Positions 1 to 9,839 of a stretch of DNA of 64,000 nt are shown here, one piece after another. Made by a program: the position numbers and the translations under genes. How positions within the stretch are numbered: the first letter of the stretch is position 1; every line of letters starts with the position of its first letter. Under the pieces are notes generated by a model. The model was given only the letters and a program-made list of their open reading frames with translations. It was not told the DNA's origin and ran no database searches. The stretch comes from Euryarchaeota archaeon UBA463 (lineage in GTDB: Archaea > Thermoplasmatota > Poseidoniia > Poseidoniales > Thalassarchaeaceae): NCBI GenBank assembly GCA_002501805.1, contig DAOI01000024.1, forward strand, positions 12,224 to 76,223, written 5' to 3'.

Positions 1-838
1 GGTCGGGTTGTAACTCAGTACCCTCAGAGGAATCTATCAACGACTGAGTCATTATTGTCCCGTTTGCAGTTCCAACAAGGAGTCTGTTCTCCGAGGAATC
101 GATTGAAATGCTTCTGCCATAGACAAGCTCGTCTATGTGAATTATTCCAGGACATCTCCATTGGCAGGCCTCGGAAGCACTACTATCCAGATGAATCAAA
201 TCATCCCCAAGCAGGACGTAAAGCCTACCATCAATGGGATTCACTGCACTGCCGTGAACTTCTACTTCGGTAGGAGAGAAAGATATCCTAGGATCAGACG
301 GAGTTAATGCTTCTATCACCAAATCTGAGATTGAGATCCCCGCTGGGAGGACCCAAGCAGCGTCACTAACAGAATTTGGCTGTAAGGAAGTGGAAAGCTC
401 CCCCCCTACCAGACTTGGAGGGTTATCATTGAAGCCAAACTGGCAACCCAGCCAATCGTTACCCCTCCAATCTAGAATCGGCGTCTGACTGTTGATCAGG
501 GTTAGCTGAGGCTCATCAACGCAATAACCCTCAGCGCCATCTACTGCTATCTCGAAGGTTAGATTAGATATCTCCGCACCTGGGGCGAAATCCAGAAACA
601 TATCCCCATAGGCAAAGGTCTGGTTTGTAGGGTCCGCGCCAGATGCGACAAGATCGACCCATCCTGTGTCATTGTAACCAGATGAACCCCATGCTCTCTG
701 AACTGTGTATGACGACTCCTCAGTATCGACCAATTCATAGTCTCCAAATGTGGACCATGGAAGGAGGACCATCAGTCCTACAAGCAACAGAGCACTCCTC
801 TTAGGAGCAGTCCCCGAGTCAGAACCTAGTGTATGCAC
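1..838 (-). CDS. Hypothetical secreted protein, N-terminal fragment (gene continues past the window start)
   Basis: Manual translation of the minus strand gives an open frame from GTG at 838 down to position 1 with no stop (about 279 codons). It begins MHTLGSDSGTAPKRSALLLVGLMVLLPWSTFG, which looks like a signal peptide. It is absent from the ORF track because no stop codon lies inside the window. An alternative in-frame GTG lies at 859. No recognisable domain. Confidence 0.45.
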   Translation of the reverse strand, partial: MHTLGSDSGTAPKRSALLLVGLMVLLPWSTFGDYELVDTEESSYTVQRAWGSSGYNDTGWVDLVASGADPTNQTFAYGDMFLDFAPGAEISNLTFEIAVDGAEGYCVDEPQLTLINSQTPILDWRGNDWLGCQFGFNDNPPSLVGGELSTSLQPNSVSDAAWVLPAGISISDLVIEALTPSDPRISFSPTEVEVHGSAVNPIDGRLYVLLGDDLIHLDSSASEACQWRCPGIIHIDELVYGRSISIDSSENRLLVGTANGTIMTQSLIDSSEGTELQPD

Positions 839-1038
839 GGAGGTTCGGCATTCTATCACTATATTGAATGGTGTGGGTCGTTGAGTGATACATGCTTACA
901 TCCACCATAGGTGGAAAAACAGTAAACTGTGCCTCTGAATCATCACATTAAACGCTTACTGGTCGGCTGATAATAAAATTGAGCAGGTTAGGATAGCATC
1001 AAAGAGGGGTGGGTAGGACGGGATTACGGGTTGTTGGT

Positions 1039-3321
1039 ATGACAGATGACAGGCTCCGCAAGGAAGCATTGGACTATCACGCGGCAAAGCCTGCTGGAAA
1101 GCTCACCGTCGTTCCAACAAAACCGCATGGAACTTCCCACGAGCTATCTCTAGCATATTCGCCCGGGGTGGCGTTCCCATGCAAGGAGATAGAGAGTGAC
1201 CCAGACAGTGCTTACAGATACACCTCAAAGGGTAATCTGGTAGCAGTCGTAAGCAATGGTACTGCCGTTCTCGGACTTGGTGACATAGGGCCACTTGCAG
1301 GTAAACCGGTTATGGAAGGAAAGGGGTTACTGTTCAAGGCATTCGCTGACATCGATGTCTTCGACATTGAGGTGGACAAGATCGATGTTGATGGATTCGT
1401 CGATACTGTCAAGGCCATTGCCCCCACCTTTGGAGGAATCAATCTTGAAGATATCAAAGCCCCAGAATGTTTTGAGATCGAGAGGAGACTTGTGGAAGAG
1501 CTGGACATTCCAGTCATGCATGACGATCAGCATGGGACAGCGATAATCTCTGGAGCGGCGCTTCTGAACGGTCTTGAATTAGTAGGCAAAGAAATCTCAG
1601 AAGTCAAGATAGTAATTTCTGGAGCTGGAGCTTCAGCAATATCTTGCGCTCGGCACTACGTAAGGTTAGGAGTGAACAAGGCGAACATTGTGATGGTCGA
1701 CTCAAATGGAATCTTAACCAAGACTAGGCTAGAATCTGGGGAATTGAATGAATATAAAGCGGAATTCGTGAGAAATCTACCCGATGGAAGTATCTCTGAG
1801 GCCATGGTTGGTTCTGATGTTTTCTTGGGCTTGTCCAAGGGTGGCCTAGTATCCCCAGAAATGGTCAAATCAATGGCTGAAAGACCTCTCATTTTCGCCC
1901 TTGCCAATCCCGATCCTGAAATTCTGCCTGAGGATGTAATGTCTGTGAGAGATGATGCGATTATTGCCACAGGTAGGTCAGACTATCCTAATCAGATTAA
2001 CAATGTCCTAGGGTTCCCCTACATCTTCAGGGGCGCTCTCGATGTAAGGGCCACTAGGATTACTGAGGGCATGAAGATGGCCGCTACAAAGGCAATCGCA
2101 GAACTAGCTAGAGAGACAGTACCTGATGACGTTCTTTCCGCCTATGATGGAGAGCAGATTCAATTTGGATCAGAATATATCATTCCGAAGCCATTCGATG
2201 CTAGAGTTCTCATTTGGGAAGCAAGTGCCGTGGCGGCCGCCGCTGTTGACGAGGGAGTAGCAGGAATATCATCCAACGACTTCAGCTATGAGAGGTACAG
2301 AGAAGAGCTCGAAGCAAGACTGGGCCTCACAAGATCAATAATGAGAAGGGTCATCAACCAAGCCAAGAGGGATAAGAAGAGAATTGTATTCTGTGAGGGA
2401 GAGGACCCTACAGTAATCAAAGCAGCCTCTCAATGCATTTCTGAAGGTATTTGTGAGCCAATATTGCTTGGAAACATAGACAGAATCGGAGCAGTAAAAG
2501 AGGAACTTGGATTAAGCTTCGAATGCGAAGAGATAGACGTGAGGTACGATCCAAGGAGGAGAGGAACTTATGCTGAGGAATTACACAAAATCAGGGGTAG
2601 GAAGGGCGTTACCTTGGAAGATGCTACTCGCCTAATGAAGAACTCCACCTATTTCGCACCCATGATGGTCCACATGGGAGATGCTGATGGATATCTCGGA
2701 GGGGTATCCCATCACTATCCGGATATCGTTAAACCCTGCCTGCAAATAATAGGTCCTGAGAAGGACTCCCATAGAATAGTAGGGATGTATATGATGACTG
2801 TGAACGGTGATTTGATGTTCATTGGTGACGCCACTATCAACATCTATCCTGATTCCAGGACTTTAGCAGAGATAGCAGTACAGACTGCCAAGGTAGCCAG
2901 GAGATTCGGTGTCAAACCAAGGGTTGCAATGCTTTCTTTCTCTAATTTCGGTACCTCGTCGGAAATGAGAACCGATAGGGTCGAGGAAGCTATCTCAATC
3001 GCTAGAGAGCTTGATCCGGACCTAATCATCGACGGTCCGATGCAGGCCGATACGGCTTTAGTACCAGAGATTCAGAAGGAATATCCGTTTATGTCATTCG
3101 ATGGACCGGCAAATATTCTCATTTGTCCCAACCTAGCATCTGCAAACATTGCCTACAAGCTTCTTCAGAGGATCGCAGGAGCAGAGATGACTGGCCCAAT
3201 TCTAGAGGGACTTTCAAAGCCCGCACACGTATTGCAGAGAGGAGATAGTGTGAGAGATGTGGTCCATATGGCGGCAATCTGCGCAGTGGACGCTCAGAGG
3301 TACGACTGGCAGAAGCTATGA
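1039..3321 (+). CDS. maeB: NADP-dependent malic enzyme, MaeB type (malic enzyme fused to a C-terminal phosphotransacetylase-like domain)
   Basis: ORF 1009..3321. The N-terminus [29 protein letters not shown]...[11 protein letters not shown] matches, from memory, the start of bacterial MaeB, so ATG 1039 is preferred over GTG 1009. It has a Rossmann motif (ISGAGASAI) and a PTA-like C-terminal half of about 330 aa. Confidence 0.9.
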   Translation: MTDDRLRKEALDYHAAKPAGKLTVVPTKPHGTSHELSLAYSPGVAFPCKEIESDPDSAYRYTSKGNLVAVVSNGTAVLGLGDIGPLAGKPVMEGKGLLFKAFADIDVFDIEVDKIDVDGFVDTVKAIAPTFGGINLEDIKAPECFEIERRLVEELDIPVMHDDQHGTAIISGAALLNGLELVGKEISEVKIVISGAGASAISCARHYVRLGVNKANIVMVDSNGILTKTRLESGELNEYKAEFVRNLPDGSISEAMVGSDVFLGLSKGGLVSPEMVKSMAERPLIFALANPDPEILPEDVMSVRDDAIIATGRSDYPNQINNVLGFPYIFRGALDVRATRITEGMKMAATKAIAELARETVPDDVLSAYDGEQIQFGSEYIIPKPFDARVLIWEASAVAAAAVDEGVAGISSNDFSYERYREELEARLGLTRSIMRRVINQAKRDKKRIVFCEGEDPTVIKAASQCISEGICEPILLGNIDRIGAVKEELGLSFECEEIDVRYDPRRRGTYAEELHKIRGRKGVTLEDATRLMKNSTYFAPMMVHMGDADGYLGGVSHHYPDIVKPCLQIIGPEKDSHRIVGMYMMTVNGDLMFIGDATINIYPDSRTLAEIAVQTAKVARRFGVKPRVAMLSFSNFGTSSEMRTDRVEEAISIARELDPDLIIDGPMQADTALVPEIQKEYPFMSFDGPANILICPNLASANIAYKLLQRIAGAEMTGPILEGLSKPAHVLQRGDSVRDVVHMAAICAVDAQRYDWQKL

Positions 3322-3491
3322 GAACAGCTTCTTTGGCGGCTTCATACACCAGAATATCCAAACTATCACTACTAGATGCACAGCCATTGCGAAAATGTGA
3401 ACAAGCCCCATTGAAGGGCCCTTCCCTAGCACTCACTTATTCTATACCGATTTATTCTCAATAATCCTTGATAGAATACGGATATGGGGAA

Positions 3492-3689
3492 TTACTTGAT
3501 TCCGCCCTTAACGTATCTTTGAGTCCACTTGAGTCTTCTTGGGTTTCTCTTGAGTTTGAGGGCGTTCTTCCTAGCCTTACTGTCCTTGAACCACATTACA
3601 GATCCATCTCTCTTGATGTACATCAGACCAGTACCTGGCTCAATTTCCTCGCTGGTGAAGCTACAAACTCTTGTCTCTGGCATAATCAC
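3492..3689 (-). CDS. rpl24e: 50S ribosomal protein L24e
   Basis: 65 aa. The PGTG...KRDGSVMWF.DSKARKN..LKRNPRRLKWT pattern is typical of L24e. It is the last gene of the conserved archaeal L7Ae-S28e-L24e cluster. Confidence 0.85.
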   Translation of the reverse strand: MIMPETRVCSFTSEEIEPGTGLMYIKRDGSVMWFKDSKARKNALKLKRNPRRLKWTQRYVKGGIK

Positions 3690-3692
3690 ACC

Positions 3693-3926
3693 TCATCGAT
3701 TACCTAGGCGACGAGCCTCTCTGCCGGTGTCCCTGAGCATTAGTATGTCTCCAACACGAACAGGTCCCAAGACATTTCTGGAGATGATTCTTCCAATATC
3801 CCTTGGATTATTTGAGTCGTCAACTCTGACCTTTACCTGTATGGCCTCTCCGCTCATGCCAGTTCTACCGACAATTTCGACCACCTCTGCGGGCCATGAT
3901 TCTTGAGCCAAATTTTCAGCCTCCAA
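3693..3926 (-). CDS. rps28e: 30S ribosomal protein S28e
   Basis: 77 aa with [24 protein letters not shown]...[25 protein letters not shown], the S28e signature. It starts 1 nt after the L7Ae stop. Confidence 0.9.
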   Translation of the reverse strand: MEAENLAQESWPAEVVEIVGRTGMSGEAIQVKVRVDDSNNPRDIGRIISRNVLGPVRVGDILMLRDTGREARRLGNR

Positions 3927-3927
3927 T

Positions 3928-4308
3928 TTACTTCGCTAGAGTCTCGTAGTGACCCTTGACCTCATTGAATATGTCCTGGGCTTCTTTGTCTACATCCAGA
4001 ACTGCTACAGCCGCCGTTCTTGTTCCTGCAGTCATTCCAGCCGAGTCAGCTAGATATCCCTGATCTTCAACATAGATGAATGGTATGCCCTTCTCTTTGC
4101 AAATCATAGGAACATGAGCCAGTAGCTCGCCTGGGTTTACGTTCTCTGCCATTACGATCATCGATGCAATTCCTCTCTCAGCGGCCTTGGTAACCTCATT
4201 GGCACCCTTCTTGATTTTGCCTCTTCCGTCCTTGCCAATTGCTTTCACAAGTTCGTAAACTTGCTCTTGTATGTCTTTCGGGGTTTCAAACGCTATGTGA
4301 ACACTCAT
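3928..4308 (-). CDS. rpl7ae: 50S ribosomal protein L7Ae (kink-turn RNA-binding protein)
   Basis: The ORF extends to 4344. The core [25 protein letters not shown]....[12 protein letters not shown] is classic L7Ae. ATG at 4308 ([12 protein letters not shown]) sits 9 nt after a GAGGAG. Alternative starts are 4317 and 4344. Confidence 0.9.
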   Translation of the reverse strand: MSVHIAFETPKDIQEQVYELVKAIGKDGRGKIKKGANEVTKAAERGIASMIVMAENVNPGELLAHVPMICKEKGIPFIYVEDQGYLADSAGMTAGTRTAAVAVLDVDKEAQDIFNEVKGHYETLAK

Positions 4309-4396
4309 TGGATACATCTCCTCGTGCTGGGTAAGCCGGCGCACGACATGGCCGATATAAACGCAACGTATTGGGAACGCCCCCCAACGTTAGCAT

Positions 4397-5356
4397 TCAT
4401 TCCATCAATTCTCTCAATCCACGCGCCAGAGCTGGAGCTGAACTCACCACGGATCGAGGATTCCTCAGCGAGTCAGTTGTGTAGACGCCATCTACGTGAC
4501 TTGCCAGTTTCGATAGCGCACCTCCAGTGAACAGTCCATGAGTGCAGGCCGCATATACTGACTTGGCCCCCTGCCTCCTCAGAGCATCGCTAGCTCTGCA
4601 TATTGTTCCACCCGTACTAATCATATCATCAACTATAGCTACTACCTTCCCCTTAACGTCAAGGTCCTTCGCCTGATGCTCTATGGTGTGAGCATCAATC
4701 CTAGTCTTCTCCAGGTAACTGAATTCCCAGCCTCCGATAGATGCCACCTCGCTCGCCCTATCTATCGCACCCTTGTCCGGACTTAGGATGAAATCTGGAT
4801 CAACCTCCTCTTTGAGCCTCTCAGCAATTTCTGGCATAGAACTAACGAATTTTACCGGAAAATCACAATCTTCCAGCACTTTAGGCTCATGGAGATCAAG
4901 TATCACCATACCATCGCAGACCTTTCCTAAGATATTCGAGATTACTCTTGCAGAGATAGTCTCCCCCGGTGAGAATCGCTTATCTTGTCTGGCATAACCA
5001 TAGTAAGGAATGGCGAGAAAAACCCCAGGGCCAACATAATCAAGATTCTGCTCCCCCTCTCCTTTGAAGTTCTCAAGATCGCCTCTCCTGATGTCATTAA
5101 TCGCTTCTAACATCAAAATAGTCCTCAATATCCCCGAATCTGGGAATGTGTTGGATACTAGAATCACTGGCTCCGATCTGATTTCATCAAAAGACTCGCT
5201 AGGTACTCTGACATAACCTTCCCCATCAGGAAATTTCCTACTTTCGATAGCAATAGAATTCATCCCCAGAATATCGGACAAAGAGATGGCCAAATCACGG
5301 CCTGAGGAGCCGCTGAGCACTGGCATGTACAGGAAGCCGAACTGAGCCTCCTTCAT
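4397..5356 (-). CDS. prs: Ribose-phosphate pyrophosphokinase (PRPP synthetase)
   Basis: Has the PRPP-binding loop VVAIVDDMISTGGTICRA, the DLHEPKV motif and RQDKRF. An internal ATG at 5326 (MPVLSGSSGRDLA) aligns better with typical archaeal Prs N-termini, so the start is uncertain. Confidence 0.9.
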   Translation of the reverse strand: MKEAQFGFLYMPVLSGSSGRDLAISLSDILGMNSIAIESRKFPDGEGYVRVPSESFDEIRSEPVILVSNTFPDSGILRTILMLEAINDIRRGDLENFKGEGEQNLDYVGPGVFLAIPYYGYARQDKRFSPGETISARVISNILGKVCDGMVILDLHEPKVLEDCDFPVKFVSSMPEIAERLKEEVDPDFILSPDKGAIDRASEVASIGGWEFSYLEKTRIDAHTIEHQAKDLDVKGKVVAIVDDMISTGGTICRASDALRRQGAKSVYAACTHGLFTGGALSKLASHVDGVYTTDSLRNPRSVVSSAPALARGLRELME

Positions 5357-5384
5357 GACGCTACCGCTTGATTTAGGACTGTTG

Positions 5385-5462
5385 TGGTGGGCATGACAGG
5401 ATTTGAACCTGTGGCCTCCCGGTTATCAGCCGGGTGCTCCAGCCAAACTAAGCTACACGCCC
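5385..5462 (-). tRNA. tRNA-Ile (anticodon GAU), 3' CCA encoded in the gene
   Basis: Reverse complement reads GGGCGTGTAGCTTAGTTTGGCTGGAGCACCCGGCTGATAACCGGGAGGCCACAGGTTCAAATCCTGTCATGCCCACCA. It has a 7-bp acceptor stem (GGGCGTG/CATGCCC), an anticodon stem CCCGG/CCGGG with loop CTGATAA (anticodon GAT), and a T-arm with GGTTCAAATCC. Confidence 0.9.
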
Positions 5463-5499
5463 TTGAGTAACCGTCCGACATGGGATACTGATTTGAAAC

Positions 5500-6099
5500 C
5501 TACTCAGCCTCATCGAACTCTTCAGAGTCGTCCCCATTGAGTTTCAAGAAGCTTGGAAGGGTCGTTAGGCGCTTCACTGTGCACCTCAGAATGACTTCAT
5601 CTAATCTAGAGGTGGTTCGAGCTAGCTGTCCAACTGGAATTATCAGAGTATCAGGAAGTCCATGTTTCCTTTTGACCATGAAATGAGGATTAACAACCAC
5701 TCCTCTGTACGTCCTCTTGATCTTGACCATCCCAACAACGTTGCCTATGTCTATTCCATCATTGTCGAGTACAGCCCTGTCTAAGAGCTCATCAGGTGCG
5801 AATAACTCTTCAGAGATTCTAACAGTATTCCGCCACCTCCTCTGAAGCTCCCTCATCGATTTCGAGAGTTTTATCGCACCATCTGGTCTAATGCTGTGCA
5901 CTAGTTCTTTCGAGAGAGGTGCACTTTCTGCAGGTTTCCTCATGAATTCCTCAGCTATCCCCGGTACGACCTGGAGTCTCAGTGATTGCACGCATTCATC
6001 CCGGGGATGAAACCTCTCCCCTGTGATCACGCCTACGAACTTGTCACCTACGTACACGTCTCTCTGAAGTAATTCCTGTATCCTGTATTCATCATTCAT
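5500..6099 (-). CDS. Hypothetical protein, possibly PRC-barrel-like
   Basis: The ORF extends to 6147. ATG at 6099 (MNDEYRIQELL) follows a GGTGAG Shine-Dalgarno-like motif. Segments LLQRDVYVGDKFVGVITGE and LLDRAVLDNDGIDIGNVVGMVKI resemble the PRC-barrel pattern. This is a weak, by-eye assignment. Confidence 0.45.
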   Translation of the reverse strand: MNDEYRIQELLQRDVYVGDKFVGVITGERFHPRDECVQSLRLQVVPGIAEEFMRKPAESAPLSKELVHSIRPDGAIKLSKSMRELQRRWRNTVRISEELFAPDELLDRAVLDNDGIDIGNVVGMVKIKRTYRGVVVNPHFMVKRKHGLPDTLIIPVGQLARTTSRLDEVILRCTVKRLTTLPSFLKLNGDDSEEFDEAE

Positions 6100-6147
6100 T
6101 TTCTCACCAATTGGAACTGAGTTGCATCCCCCGCGCTTCCTCTTCAT

Positions 6148-6343
6148 ATCCCCAGAGTCCGGATTAGCACTTATACTATGCTATAATTAAGACTGATAAT
6201 CTAATTGAAAATTTCATTAATATCATAAATTTCCTATTGAAAATTTAAAGTGTGTTTAATTTTTTGATAGATTATCAGAATTTCTGTTTCTCCTTAATGC
6301 CAGGTTAATCCACGCCTGTTCAGAACGTTCACCAAGAACCTTG
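6148..6343. promoter_or_regulatory. AT-rich divergent intergenic region with nested inverted and direct repeats
   Basis: It lies between divergent genes (5500..6099 minus, 6344..7888 plus). An 11-bp inverted repeat CTGATAATCTA (6193-6203) / TAGATTATCAG (6268-6278) brackets two copies of ATTGAAAATTT (6204-6214 and 6236-6246). TATA-like AT tracts are present. Confidence 0.35.
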
Positions 6344-7888
6344 ATGAGCAACCTGTACCTCGGACAATCGATGTCTGCGAGTCTCGATATTCTGCATGCT
6401 ATTCGTAAGCACACTGGTAGTTGCTCTACAACCGGTCTTCCGGATGATGTCATTCTGTCTTTTATCGATGCAGATCCATCTCTAAAGATAGCCATCGATG
6501 AAGCCAAACTTTCATTCGATACGCTATTTTCTGAATCTGGTTTAGACTTGCAATCTATAGATGAGGACTCACTAATCTCCACACTTCAGTCAGACTTCGT
6601 TAATTTCTATTCTGCCGCGACTGTTAACCCCTATGTTGCTATTTCAGCCAGAGGTCCATGGATTATCACATCACATGGTGCTGTAATCCATGACAACGGC
6701 GGATATGGGATGCTCGGAATGGGACATGGTCCAGACGATGTTATCTCTTCCATGCAAAAGAACTGGGTTATGGCAAATGTAATGACCGCTTCATTCAGTC
6801 AGAAGAGACTTGCTGACAGATTAAAGAAGGAAATAGGTCATACTAGAGGGGAATGCCCATTTGATAGATTCATTTGTATGAATTCCGGTTCGGAGTCTAT
6901 GACCGTTGGAATGAGGATATCAGATGTTAATGCCTTGAAGATGACAGGACCAGGGGGTAGGCACGAAGGAAAGCCCACGAGGATGATTGCAATAGAAAGG
7001 GCATTCCACGGACGAACAGACAGGCCCGCGCAGATTTCACACTCTTGCAAGGATGGATACGATAGAAATCTGAATACCTTTCAAAATAGGGATAATCTTT
7101 CTCTGATCCCAGCAAATGATATCCATGCACTTAGGGAAGCATTTCATCAGGCGGACAGAGATGGTGTTTTCATTGAGCTACTTGCTATCGAGCCAGTTCA
7201 AGGAGAGGGTGCTCCGGGATTATGTATCGATAGGAACTTCTACGATGAGGCAAGAAAATTGACAAAGGAACATGGCTCCATGCTAATCATAGATTCAGTC
7301 CAAGCCGGCCTTAGAGGTCAAGGGTGCCTCAGTATCGTTGACTACGAAGGCTTCCAAGACTCCGAAGCTCCCGATATGGAAGCCTGGTCAAAGGCAATCA
7401 ATGCTGGACAGTTTCCTCTATCTGTTGTTGGGATGACAGCAGATGTAGCAGAGTTGTATGTCACAGGAATCTACGGCAACACTATGACTACAAATCCCCG
7501 AGCACTAGAAACAGCAATAGCAGTTCTCGACAGAATAACGCCCGATCTACGTCAAAATATTCGACAACGGGGAAAAGAGTTCGTAGAGGGTCTTGAGATT
7601 CTAATGAATGAGTTTCCAGAGGCAATTCTATCAGTCCAAGGCACTGGACTATTGGTTTGCGCTGAATTGGATCCAGACTTCTTCCCTGTAGTCGGTCACG
7701 ACAAAGTTGAGATGTGGTGTAGGAAGAATGGCCTTGGAGTCATTCACGGAGGGCTAAATGCCCTAAGATTCACTCCGCACTTTTCCATCACTACAGAAGA
7801 AATAGAAATGATATTACAGATTGTCAAGAAAGCAATAATTCACTTCTTAGAGGCCAAAAACCTCCAACAAGCAACTTCAGTAGCTTAA
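6344..7888 (+). CDS. Class III pyridoxal-phosphate-dependent aminotransferase with an N-terminal extension of about 100 aa
   Basis: Has the class III pattern: GPWIITSHGAVIHDNGGYGMLGMGH, CMNSGSES, IDSVQAGLRGQG, and a putative PLP lysine in WSKAINAGQFPLSVV. The ORF track start at 6341 is TTG, and ATG follows at 6344. Substrate is not assignable. Confidence 0.8.
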   Translation: MSNLYLGQSMSASLDILHAIRKHTGSCSTTGLPDDVILSFIDADPSLKIAIDEAKLSFDTLFSESGLDLQSIDEDSLISTLQSDFVNFYSAATVNPYVAISARGPWIITSHGAVIHDNGGYGMLGMGHGPDDVISSMQKNWVMANVMTASFSQKRLADRLKKEIGHTRGECPFDRFICMNSGSESMTVGMRISDVNALKMTGPGGRHEGKPTRMIAIERAFHGRTDRPAQISHSCKDGYDRNLNTFQNRDNLSLIPANDIHALREAFHQADRDGVFIELLAIEPVQGEGAPGLCIDRNFYDEARKLTKEHGSMLIIDSVQAGLRGQGCLSIVDYEGFQDSEAPDMEAWSKAINAGQFPLSVVGMTADVAELYVTGIYGNTMTTNPRALETAIAVLDRITPDLRQNIRQRGKEFVEGLEILMNEFPEAILSVQGTGLLVCAELDPDFFPVVGHDKVEMWCRKNGLGVIHGGLNALRFTPHFSITTEEIEMILQIVKKAIIHFLEAKNLQQATSVA

Positions 7889-7896
7889 GTGGTAAG

Positions 7897-8583
7897 ATGT
7901 CCAAGAAAATTCATCTCGGCGGGGATGAGGATGATTTTTTACAATCACTAGCAGATCGACTATCTCGAGCTGGTGCGACATTGGTCGATTCTCCAGAAGA
8001 TGCTGAGTATGTAATCCACTTCGGACCGGAGGGCGATGGGAATATGGTAATTCTGACTCCAGATCAGAAGATTAGTCATCCAGGCCTCGTAGTCATTATT
8101 CATGATCTTCTCTCCCCTCGGGGAAACTCTGGACATTGGGGAGATGCGGAGCTACACATTTGGGCCGATATGGTACGCAAAGGAAACCTAAATATTCACA
8201 CATTATCAAACATCTTACCTAGATATTGGGTACATGTTAGAGATGTTTGTGATGCACTTTGCACAATAATAATGAGTGAGAGTAGCAATTCAATAATAGG
8301 AAATCTGAATATATCCGGGAGGAGATCTTGGAGCCCCGAGTCTATTGTTAAGGAGATGAGCATGCTCTGGGGGAGGTACTCAGACTCGTTGAATTATTCT
8401 CATACTATCGAGTCCCTGTCCTCCGTGCCCAGTCCACTTTCACAAGAGTCGAACATTCAGGCAAAAAGACCAGATCTATCGCTATTGCATAAATCCCTGA
8501 TCAACTGTGGTTCAGAGGGCTGGCATCCGCTAGTTCCTATGCGTGTATCTCTAATGGAGATATTCGCCCATGCGAAAGAGTGA
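7897..8583 (+). CDS. Hypothetical protein, possibly a degenerate extended-SDR/epimerase-like fold
   Basis: It starts 8 nt after the aminotransferase. RYWVHVRDVCDAL and NISGRRSWSPESIVKEM resemble NAD-dependent epimerase C-terminal motifs, but the glycine-rich NAD motif and YxxxK are not evident. Confidence 0.35.
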   Translation: MSKKIHLGGDEDDFLQSLADRLSRAGATLVDSPEDAEYVIHFGPEGDGNMVILTPDQKISHPGLVVIIHDLLSPRGNSGHWGDAELHIWADMVRKGNLNIHTLSNILPRYWVHVRDVCDALCTIIMSESSNSIIGNLNISGRRSWSPESIVKEMSMLWGRYSDSLNYSHTIESLSSVPSPLSQESNIQAKRPDLSLLHKSLINCGSEGWHPLVPMRVSLMEIFAHAKE

Positions 8584-8591
8584 TCTTGTAA

Positions 8592-8768
8592 TCAGTTCTT
8601 GTCGTTCTGGACTTGCACACGGATGGCCTGAGCAGTAGCCTTAGCTTCCTGCATTGCCTTCCTGACACGGGTACCAGCTGCCTTGTTACCCTTGTCATGC
8701 TTTACAGCATCACCCATTGCATCTGTTAGCATTTCTATCATATCATGCATCATCTTCTCGACGGACAT
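8592..8768 (-). CDS. Small basic protein resembling the histone H1-like Hc1 family
   Basis: Not in the ORF track because it is under 60 aa. Manual translation gives MSVEKMMHDMIEMLTDAMGDAVKHDKGNKAAGTRVRKAMQEAKATAQAIRVQVQNDKN (58 aa, ATG 8768, TGA 8592-8594). The KGNKAAGTRVRKA..E.K...Q.IR segment matches, from memory, the conserved core of Hc1-type proteins (GNKAAAQRVR in Chlamydia Hc1). Confidence 0.6.
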   Translation of the reverse strand: MSVEKMMHDMIEMLTDAMGDAVKHDKGNKAAGTRVRKAMQEAKATAQAIRVQVQNDKN

Positions 8769-8831
8769 ATCAGGTGTCGCATGCTAGGCCGTTCTTAGCC
8801 GTTTTCACGTCAGACATCACTTTTTGTGGTA

Positions 8832-9815
8832 CTATGGAGAGAACAAATCGCCGCCGAGAAGCGGCAATAATACGCTTGCATCGCCTTCAACGACCACTTG
8901 GGAAGCCTCAGGACGTATTTTTCCCCATGAAATAGCCTCTCTTAGTCTCGCTCCGGAGAGTGACCCATCATATTCTGGCGCTGTCGTAATTGAAACAGCT
9001 GAGTCCAGGCCACCCCTGTACTGGTTCCACCAAATTACATGATGCTTCGAAATCCCTCCTCCTACCATTAGAGCATGGCTTTCCTCAGCGGTCCAAGTAA
9101 GGTCAGACAGTATCTGTTCATCAGCGAGAACATCTATCATAAAATTGGGCGATTTCTGCCTATGCATGAATATTTGTGCTCCTATAGAACCATCTGTTAT
9201 TCCTGGAATGACAACCGGAATTCTATTCTTAGCAATCCAATACAACAATGAAGACTCGTCTTGAATTCTATCGCCTAAGGCCCAGCAGAGCTCTACACTA
9301 CCAAAACCCAACCATGGATTATCAGGATTCAAAGACTCACGCTCTTCTTCGATCTCAGAAAGCCATGGAAGTACAATATTCTCCAGAATTTCGCCATAGC
9401 ATTCGTTCGGGACGATGACGTTCCCTAGTCTGTTTAGCCCCTGTTCTCCAAGAGCTATATCATCAAGACTGAAATCACCGTGGAAGTAATCTCTGAATGT
9501 CCTCGCGATATCATGGTCCAAGGTTCCACACGTTGTCACTACGACATTGTACGAACGCCTCTTCAGCGCTTCTAGAAAGAAGCCACGTGTACCAGTTGCA
9601 CAGAGGCAAGCTGGAAATGACATCCAGTTTAGGACTCCATCTGGGCCTACCTTAGAAATTGAATCTCTGAGGATATCCCTAGCAAAGGCGAGTTTTGTTG
9701 CAGTAAAACCTCCTGCCTCGGACATCTGGTCAATCAAGGATGAAACATCCCCCATCGCAGAGAAATCATAGTCCTTGACCGGGTGGTCGAAGTCCTCACG
9801 CGAGTAACCGCTCAC
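8832..9815 (-). CDS. dys: Deoxyhypusine synthase
   Basis: 327 aa with MVGGGISKHH...ITTAPEYDGSLSGARLREAISWGKI, characteristic of DHS, an archaeal/eukaryotic enzyme. GTG start. Confidence 0.9.
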   Translation of the reverse strand: MSGYSREDFDHPVKDYDFSAMGDVSSLIDQMSEAGGFTATKLAFARDILRDSISKVGPDGVLNWMSFPACLCATGTRGFFLEALKRRSYNVVVTTCGTLDHDIARTFRDYFHGDFSLDDIALGEQGLNRLGNVIVPNECYGEILENIVLPWLSEIEEERESLNPDNPWLGFGSVELCWALGDRIQDESSLLYWIAKNRIPVVIPGITDGSIGAQIFMHRQKSPNFMIDVLADEQILSDLTWTAEESHALMVGGGISKHHVIWWNQYRGGLDSAVSITTAPEYDGSLSGARLREAISWGKIRPEASQVVVEGDASVLLPLLGGDLFSP

Positions 9816-9839
9816 AGTTTCCGCAGTACTAACGTGCCT

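Noticed and set aside
3413-3424. Perfect 12-bp palindrome GAAGGGCCCTTC, and a 7-bp inverted repeat ATTCTAT...ATAGAAT (about 3444-3485), between the convergent maeB and L24e genes. Considered as a bidirectional terminator or small RNA.
   Set aside because: The stems are short, and no C/D-box (RUGAUGA/CUGA) or other RNA-family signature was found on either strand. The evidence is too weak to annotate.
5357-6147. tRNA-Ile considered as a possible integration site for a mobile element.
   Set aside because: There is no integrase, no visible duplicated tRNA 3' segment and no phage or plasmid genes nearby. The flanking genes are housekeeping or hypothetical.
6256-6582. 108-aa minus-strand ORF spanning the AT-rich intergenic region and the 5' part of the aminotransferase gene.
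   Set aside because: It overlaps the in-frame N-terminal extension of the aminotransferase. It has no motif, and the sense frame is continuous with a well-supported gene. This region is the least certain part of the aminotransferase model.
8717-9042. Two 72-aa plus-strand ORFs (8717..8935 and 8824..9042) near the Hc1-like gene and the DHS 3' end.
   Set aside because: They overlap the strongly supported deoxyhypusine synthase gene and the Hc1-like ORF on the opposite strand, and they have no recognisable features.
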